Source of the DNA: Candidatus Aegiribacteria sp.
Lineage (GTDB): Bacteria > Fermentibacterota > Fermentibacteria > Fermentibacterales > JCC-6
Reading direction: 5' to 3'
Length of the DNA stretch: 30,704 bases
Assembly (NCBI GenBank): GCA_046498225.1
Contig: JAWOBF010000092.1
Location: forward strand, 1-30,704
Shown in pieces: positions 25,493-30,704 of the stretch. Below the pieces are notes generated by a model that did no database searches, had not been told where the DNA came from, and saw only the letters and a program-made list of their open reading frames with translations. The number at the start of each line of letters is the position of its first letter. Position 1 is the first letter of the stretch. The position numbers were made by a program, and so were the translations under genes.

Positions 25493-25743
25493 CGTTGTCC
25501 GCCCCCTATCTTGCCCAGGCCCCAGAGGAAGATGAGCGTCAGGAGGACAGCCCCTATGCTCGCTTCCGTTATGGCGACGTCCGGCGCGTTCATCAGCAGG
25601 AAGAGGATCGATGCGGAAAGGCTGATGAAACCGGTCGCGATGACCGCGGAGAGAAGGTCCTTCATGAAAAGTACGGCCAGTGCCGCCGCCAGCATCATCC
25701 CTCCCATGGAGATCGCTATGACCGCTTCGAGCAGGGGTGTCAT
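25489..25743 (-). CDS. mbxD: MBX subunit D (DUF4040, MrpA C-terminal-like)
   Basis: KDLLSAVI..APDVAITEASIG; three TM helices. Confidence 0.88.
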   Translation of the reverse strand: MTPLLEAVIAISMGGMMLAAALAVLFMKDLLSAVIATGFISLSASILFLLMNAPDVAITEASIGAVLLTLIFLWGLGKIGGGQR

Positions 25744-26084
25744 TCTGCAGCCTCCCCGCCCGCATCCGCGGCCTTCAGATCATCCCTGCGGAGATTGTCC
25801 GGCTTCTCCCCCGGCATCATGTGTACAGCCCTGGCCAGAGCATGGCCGGATACCGGATTGGTCAGTATCACGAAAAGAACTATCAGGAAAAGCCTGGGTA
25901 TCCAGCCGGGGCGGAGGCAGCCCGTCCCCGCCAGGAACAGCATGGTGCCCAGAGTGGTGGCCTTGGTCCCCGCGTGAAGCCTGTTCCACACGTCGGGCAT
26001 TCTGAATATTCCCAGGCCGCTGGTGAACAGTATCACTCCCCCCAGTGTCATGAGCACGTGGCCGGCAGCGGACAGGAAGGTCAT
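25740..26084 (-). CDS. mbxC: MBX subunit C (MrpG/MnhG-like)
   Basis: GIFRMPDVWNRLHAGTKATTLG..TNPVSGHALARA. Confidence 0.9.
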   Translation of the reverse strand: MTFLSAAGHVLMTLGGVILFTSGLGIFRMPDVWNRLHAGTKATTLGTMLFLAGTGCLRPGWIPRLFLIVLFVILTNPVSGHALARAVHMMPGEKPDNLRRDDLKAADAGGEAAE

Positions 26085-26344
26085 CTGAGCCCTCCGTCCA
26101 GGTACCTCGCTATTGTCAGGACGCCCAGGAAGGACAGTACGGAGTAGACCATTGCGACGTCTATGAGCATGGAGCTGTCCTGCAGGAGGGCTGTCAGGAC
26201 CAGGAGGTTGGTGGAGATGAGGGTCGCGGTATCCAGGGCAACCGCTCTGTCCGTGGCGTTCGCCCCCATGACCAGCCGGAGGAAGGCAAGGAGTATTCCG
26301 CCCAGCACCATACCGAACAGAACAAGGGCGAAAGCACTACTCAA
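26081..26344 (-). CDS. mbxB: MBX subunit B (MrpF/MnhF-like)
   Basis: RLVMG..DRAVALD..IDVAMVYSVLSFLG..ARYL; TTG start. Confidence 0.88.
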   Translation of the reverse strand: MSSAFALVLFGMVLGGILLAFLRLVMGANATDRAVALDTATLISTNLLVLTALLQDSSMLIDVAMVYSVLSFLGVLTIARYLDGGLR

Positions 26345-26840
26345 AGACCTTCTCCAGTCTGCGCGCGAACCCGTCCACCATTTTCTGTGTTTTTCCCGCG
26401 GGGTCCCCTTCGGGAAGGGATATCCAGTGCACGAAGATACTGTCCCCGGACATTTCCACCGTAAGGGTGCCCGGGGTCAGGGTTATCGAGTTGGCGACCA
26501 TGCTCCTGGCCCTGGGGCTTTTGAGCGGGAGGGAAGCCCTGACTATGCCGGGGTCTACCCTGACCTTGGGTTTTACGACCCTGATGAACACGTCGATGTT
26601 TGCCATGAACATCTGTCCGAGAAAGAAGAAAACGTAATCGGCCGCGGCGATCAACCTTCGGAGCCTCGCCAGCTTCAGCAGGTTTCCCGTGAACGCGCCT
26701 GCGGTGGCGAAGGATATGATGACACTCAGCACAATCCCCAGGATGATTTCCTGGGGATGAAGCCGCAGGGTAAGGAACATCCAGATTATCAGGAGCACAA
26801 GGACCGAAGAGATAACGGAGGATATGGTGTGCCGGCTCAC
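26337..26840 (-). CDS. mbxA: MBX subunit A (MrpE/MnhE-like)
   Basis: ANIDV..PGIV..ANSITLTPGTLTV..VHWI; GTG 26840 overlaps the rex stop (GTGA). Confidence 0.9.
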   Translation of the reverse strand: MSRHTISSVISSVLVLLIIWMFLTLRLHPQEIILGIVLSVIISFATAGAFTGNLLKLARLRRLIAAADYVFFFLGQMFMANIDVFIRVVKPKVRVDPGIVRASLPLKSPRARSMVANSITLTPGTLTVEMSGDSIFVHWISLPEGDPAGKTQKMVDGFARRLEKVFE

Positions 26841-27472
26841 TGCTGCTCCGCACGGCGCATGTGGTGGGTCAGTATGTCCAGCTCGGTGGAGACCTCGACG
26901 TACCTGAGCATGACGTTTTCGGGGACCTCGATCGGTTCCAGGGTAAAACTGAGAACGGCCCTGCATCCGGCCTTCGTGACGCTGTCTACGGCGGCCTGTC
27001 CCCGGCCTTCCGGCACCGCCACCACCGCTATGAAGTTCCCCAGTTCACCGGCGACCCGCTCAATGTCCGAAAGAGGGTGGACCCCCACTCCCGAAAAAGT
27101 TCTGCCGATGAGTTCGGGGTCGGTATCGAAGGCCGCGGAGTACTCGTAACCTCCTGTGCCCTCCAGACCGGACGCGAGCAGCGCCCTTCCGATGTTGCCC
27201 ACTCCCACCACTACAACCGCCGGGGGACGGTTCGTGCCCAGTATCTCCTCGATGCTTGCGAGAAGTTCCCGGACGTTGTAACCTGAACCCTGCTTTCCGA
27301 AATCCCCGTAGGAGGCAAGGTCCTTTCTGACCGCGGCGGGAGAGATTCCGCATCTTTGCGCGAGATAACTGGAGGTGATTATCTGTATTCCGGCGTTCGT
27401 GGCCCTCCGAAGGCACATGGAGTAGTGGCTGAGCCTTCTGATGGTTTTTTCCGATACTTTGCTGCGGTCCAT
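26837..27472 (-). CDS. rex: Redox-sensing transcriptional repressor Rex
   Basis: TIRRL..Y..SS..LA..VRKDL..G.FGK.G.GY winged helix; VVGVGNIGRAL Rossmann motif; AFDTDP..IG. ATG 27472 with GGAG upstream. Confidence 0.93.
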   Translation of the reverse strand: MDRSKVSEKTIRRLSHYSMCLRRATNAGIQIITSSYLAQRCGISPAAVRKDLASYGDFGKQGSGYNVRELLASIEEILGTNRPPAVVVVGVGNIGRALLASGLEGTGGYEYSAAFDTDPELIGRTFSGVGVHPLSDIERVAGELGNFIAVVAVPEGRGQAAVDSVTKAGCRAVLSFTLEPIEVPENVMLRYVEVSTELDILTHHMRRAEQQ

Positions 27473-27489
27473 CTTCACTCCGGGTAATA

Positions 27490-27511
27490 TGTGATAGTTT
27501 GAACTATCACA
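27490..27511. promoter_or_regulatory. Perfect inverted repeat, candidate operator for the rex-mbx operon
   Basis: TGTGATAGTT-TG-AACTATCACA immediately downstream of the putative -10, over the expected transcription start. Confidence 0.6.
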
Positions 27512-27512
27512 A

Positions 27513-27542
27513 AATCTATACACTTCAGAATGCCCTGGTCAA
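27513..27542 (-). promoter_or_regulatory. Putative sigma70 promoter of the rex-mbx operon
   Basis: TTGACC-N18-TAGATT on the minus strand. Confidence 0.5.
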
Positions 27543-27579
27543 CCCCGGGCCCGCGGGGCCGGAACCCCCCGGAGACGAA

Positions 27580-27615
27580 GCGCGCGGGCGGGTCTCATTT
27601 TCCCCGTCCGCGCGC
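27580..27615 (-). terminator. GC-rich hairpin, probable terminator of the M42 peptidase gene
   Basis: GCGCGCGGACGGG...CCCGCCCGCGCGC (one mismatch) followed by TTCGTCT, about 28 nt after the stop. Confidence 0.5.
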
Positions 27616-27643
27616 GTATCGCCTTTGGCGGGCCGCTGAGGCG

Positions 27644-28705
27644 CTAGATGACGAAATCCTGGTCGGACTTGATGGCGGCGATGGTCTTGGCGAGGAGGAG
27701 GGAGCAGTTCTCCACGTCCTTCAGGGACACGACCTCCACCGGTGTGTGCATGTACCGGTTGGGTATGCTGACCAGCCCGGTGGCTACTCCGCCCCTGGTA
27801 AGCTGAAGCGCGTTGGCGTCGGTGCCGGTTCCCCTGCTCTCGGCGATGACCTTGTAGGGGATCTTGTTATCCTCCGCCGTCTTCACCAGCAGCTCGAACA
27901 GCCTTGGATTGATGTTGGGTCCACGGGCTATCACCGGGCCGTCACCCAGCTTGATGTCGCCGAAAAGTTCCTTGTCTATGCCGGGCATGTCCGAGGTGTG
28001 GGTTACGTCCACGGCAAAACCTATCTGCGGGTGAACGTTGTAGGCGCTTGTTATCGCGCCCCGTACACCTATCTCCTCCTGAACCGTCGCCACAGCGGTG
28101 ACCCGGTGCTTCAGTCCGGACTCCCCTGACAGCAGCCGAAGGGCCTCCAGCACGGCAAAAGCGCCTATCCTGTCGTCAAAGCCCCTGGCAACGTAGATGG
28201 ACTTGCGTATCTTCTTGAAATCCACCGCTATGGTGGCCACGTCGCCGATGTCGACTATCTTTTCGGCTTCCTTTCTGTCCTCGACCCCGATGTCTATCCA
28301 CATGTCCTTGATCTCGGATATCTTCTTCCTGTCTTCCTTCTTCTGCAGGTGGATGGCCTTCCTGCCCAGCACCCCGTAGACGGGGCCCTTGCTGGTATGG
28401 ACGTACACCCGCTGCCCGGCTATCACGTGGGGGTCGAGGCCGCCCACCGGGGCAACCTTGAGGAAGCCCTTCTCGGTGATGGATTTTATCATCAGGCCTA
28501 TCTCGTCGATGTGGCCGGCCATCATGATGGAAACCCGTCCCTCGGGGTTCAGCGTCGCGTAGGAATTGCCGTGATAGTCTCCTTTGACCTCATCGGCGAA
28601 ACCTTCCGCCTGCTTGCGCCATACGGTAGCAGCAGAGTTCTCGTATCCGGACGGGCTGGCTTCTTTCAGAAGGTTCTTCAGGAAGTCTCTCGATGGTTTT
28701 TCCAA
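27644..28705 (-). CDS. M42-family metallo-aminopeptidase (TET/FrvX-like)
   Basis: SPSGYE, AGHIDEIG, GFDDRIG, VQEEIGVRGA, AVDVT, GTDA, RYMHTPVE; TTG start with AAGGAG upstream. Confidence 0.93.
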   Translation of the reverse strand: MEKPSRDFLKNLLKEASPSGYENSAATVWRKQAEGFADEVKGDYHGNSYATLNPEGRVSIMMAGHIDEIGLMIKSITEKGFLKVAPVGGLDPHVIAGQRVYVHTSKGPVYGVLGRKAIHLQKKEDRKKISEIKDMWIDIGVEDRKEAEKIVDIGDVATIAVDFKKIRKSIYVARGFDDRIGAFAVLEALRLLSGESGLKHRVTAVATVQEEIGVRGAITSAYNVHPQIGFAVDVTHTSDMPGIDKELFGDIKLGDGPVIARGPNINPRLFELLVKTAEDNKIPYKVIAESRGTGTDANALQLTRGGVATGLVSIPNRYMHTPVEVVSLKDVENCSLLLAKTIAAIKSDQDFVI

Positions 28706-29069
28706 AGCTCTCTCCTTAACAGTAACGGGGGTTCATATATCGACGATTCCTCGATGAGCTGGACATGGAATATTCCAGCATCGGACCGACCGGGTCAAGG
28801 GAGGGGAGCGCGGCGGAATGCCGGACCGCTCCTGAAAGCCCCTTGCGCATTCAGCGGGCACGATGTAATGTATTGACGGGCCATTCGAAACCCTTCCCGA
28901 TTCTCGGAACAAATCGGGAGCAAAAGGGTTCCGGGTGGCCCGTCCTTTTCCGCCGGTATACCGGAGCATTGACAGCTTCACTCGGCGGGGTCTATTAATC
29001 AATTGACCAGCTGCCGGGGCGGAAGCGGTGGAGAAGCATGCACACGGGGACCAGGCCGGGAGGAATACA

Positions 29070-30704
29070 ATGAAATTCAGATTTCCGCTTACCTCGATCT
29101 TGACGGTTCTATTCACTGGTTCCGCCGCGGGCCAGCAGGTTTTCACGGAGGTAGCGTCATCCATGGGGATATCCGGCCAGACCGGCCTGGGCCACTCCGT
29201 GGCATGGTGCGATACGGATAACGACGGCGACCTGGACGCGGCCTTCTCAAACCAGGACGGTTCGGGTTTCTGGCTGTACCGGAACGACCTCACTCAGTTC
29301 GTGGACGTAACGGCTTCGGCGGGACTCTCGGGGCTGGGTGCCTACCGCATCCTGTGGGGTGAGGTAACGGGTGACGGGTACAGCGACCTCATTCTGGACC
29401 GGGGCTCCTCCCGGAGGCTTTTCAGGAACAACGGGGACGGAACGTTCACGGATATCACCTCCGGCAGCGGACTCACCGGTTCCCCGGTATGCGTGGCGGA
29501 TTTCGACAACGACGGCGCCCTGGACGTCCTGACCCTTACAGACACCGGATGCGGCGTTCTGTACAATTCAGGCGGCGGCACTTTCAGCATGGGACCTTCC
29601 GCGACTGGGAACTGGTGGTGCGCGGTATGCGTCGACTACGACCTGGACGGTGACCCGGACATCTACCTGGGCACCTACGGCAGCGATCCAAACACGCTCC
29701 TGCGCAATGACGGGACGGACCTGACCGATGTGACGGCGGAGGCGGGAGTGGCCTTTACCGGCAGCACCACCGGCATAACCTCAGGCGACTTCAACAACGA
29801 CGGGTACCCGGACCTCTACCTGGGCAACTACTCGGAGCCGGGGTGCAAGCTTTTCCGCAACGGCGGCGACGGAACTTTCACCGACGTCACCGTATCCGCC
29901 GGGGTCACAGGCCATACCGACACGAGAACGGTGGCATTCGCAGACTACAACAACGATGGCTGGCTGGACATATTCGTGTCCCACCATGACTTCTTCACCT
30001 ACAGCAACATCATGTGGCGCAACAACGGTGACGGGACCTTCTCCGACGTGGGCGAGCAGCTGCAGCTGTCCGGGGAGTTCATGGGAGACTACTTCGGAGT
30101 AGCCTGGGGCGATTACAACCTGGACGGGGACGTGGACCTCTTCGCGGTGGGGCACATAGACAAATACGTCCTTTTCCGCAACGACCAGAGCGAGACCATC
30201 CCCTCCAATTACGTCGTGCTGGAGCTGGAGGGAACGCTGTCGAACCGGGACGCGGTGGGGGCCCGTGTAACCGTCGACATCGGGGACCGGAGCCTCACCC
30301 GATGGGTGGGAGGCGGGTCCGGCTACCATGATTTCCACAGCTTTCCCCTGGAATTCGGCCTGTACGACGCGGATATGATAGACCAGCTGGCCATATACTG
30401 GCCCAGCGGCCTGGTGGAAACCTACAGCGGCGTAGAAGCCGAACAGTACGTCTACGCCGTGGAGGGAGATACCCTCTACACAAGCATAGCTCAGGACCAG
30501 GCGGGCACGGCCGCGTCCGGCCTCTCCCTTGCCTGCAGCCCCAACCCTTTCGCCGGTCTGCTGTCCGTTCGCTATTGCGGTGATACAGGAGGTGTGGCCT
30601 CGCTACAGGTCTACGACCTCTCCGGCAGGCTGGTGCGCTCCTTCAGGGGGCTTGAGATGGATGGGGCGTTTAATGAACTGGTGTGGGACGGCAGGGACGG
30701 CTCA
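29070..30704 (+). CDS. Secreted FG-GAP-repeat / ASPIC-UnbV (CRTAC1-like) protein with C-terminal FlgD-Ig/T9SS-like domain, 3' end off the window
   Basis: Not in the ORF track. GGGAGG then ATG 29070; signal peptide MKFRFPLTSILTVLFTGSAAG; about 7 DxDNDGxxD repeats with RNNGDGTFTD; SNRDAVGARV..GGGSGY..FGL..WPSG; PNPF..VYDLSGRLVR..WDGRD. Confidence 0.9.
   Translation, partial: MKFRFPLTSILTVLFTGSAAGQQVFTEVASSMGISGQTGLGHSVAWCDTDNDGDLDAAFSNQDGSGFWLYRNDLTQFVDVTASAGLSGLGAYRILWGEVTGDGYSDLILDRGSSRRLFRNNGDGTFTDITSGSGLTGSPVCVADFDNDGALDVLTLTDTGCGVLYNSGGGTFSMGPSATGNWWCAVCVDYDLDGDPDIYLGTYGSDPNTLLRNDGTDLTDVTAEAGVAFTGSTTGITSGDFNNDGYPDLYLGNYSEPGCKLFRNGGDGTFTDVTVSAGVTGHTDTRTVAFADYNNDGWLDIFVSHHDFFTYSNIMWRNNGDGTFSDVGEQLQLSGEFMGDYFGVAWGDYNLDGDVDLFAVGHIDKYVLFRNDQSETIPSNYVVLELEGTLSNRDAVGARVTVDIGDRSLTRWVGGGSGYHDFHSFPLEFGLYDADMIDQLAIYWPSGLVETYSGVEAEQYVYAVEGDTLYTSIAQDQAGTAASGLSLACSPNPFAGLLSVRYCGDTGGVASLQVYDLSGRLVRSFRGLEMDGAFNELVWDGRDGS

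Noticed and set aside
16597..26840. Group 4 [NiFe]-hydrogenase (Mbh/Ech) or canonical complex I
   Set aside because: The large subunit lacks both CxxC Ni-binding motifs, no maturation genes are present, there are no NuoA/E/F/G genes, and the Mrp-type A-G subunits and gene order match mbx
28733..30483. Minus-strand ORFs at the right edge
   Set aside because: Antisense to the FG-GAP/ASPIC gene starting at 29070

Overview
GC-rich bacterial chromosomal window from a probable anaerobe. Two secreted proteins with FlgD-Ig/T9SS-like C-termini plus an mbx cluster suggest an FCB-group lineage such as Fermentibacterota; this is inference only. From left to right it holds: a partial MBL-fold hydrolase, a secreted hypothetical protein, an EFR1-type flavodoxin-ferredoxin, two paralogous NTF2-like exported proteins (one behind a strongly base-paired ~170-nt leader), an orphan cheD translationally coupled to a 1269-aa multi-sensor hybrid histidine kinase, a second convergent hybrid kinase, four envelope or secreted proteins, a 13-gene rex-mbx (MBS/sulfane-reductase-like) operon, an M42 aminopeptidase and a partial FG-GAP/ASPIC-UnbV protein. 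No rRNA, tRNA, CRISPR or mobile element was seen. Best candidate for an undescribed system: the cheD-kinase pair. The kinase carries four tandem Gln-Gln heptads matching the CheD/chemoreceptor modification motif, suggesting deamidation-tuned two-component signalling without chemoreceptors. Second: a Rex-headed MBS-like ion-pumping complex with a fused GltD-type NAD(P)H module, fused double antiporter subunit and three-Cys small subunit.
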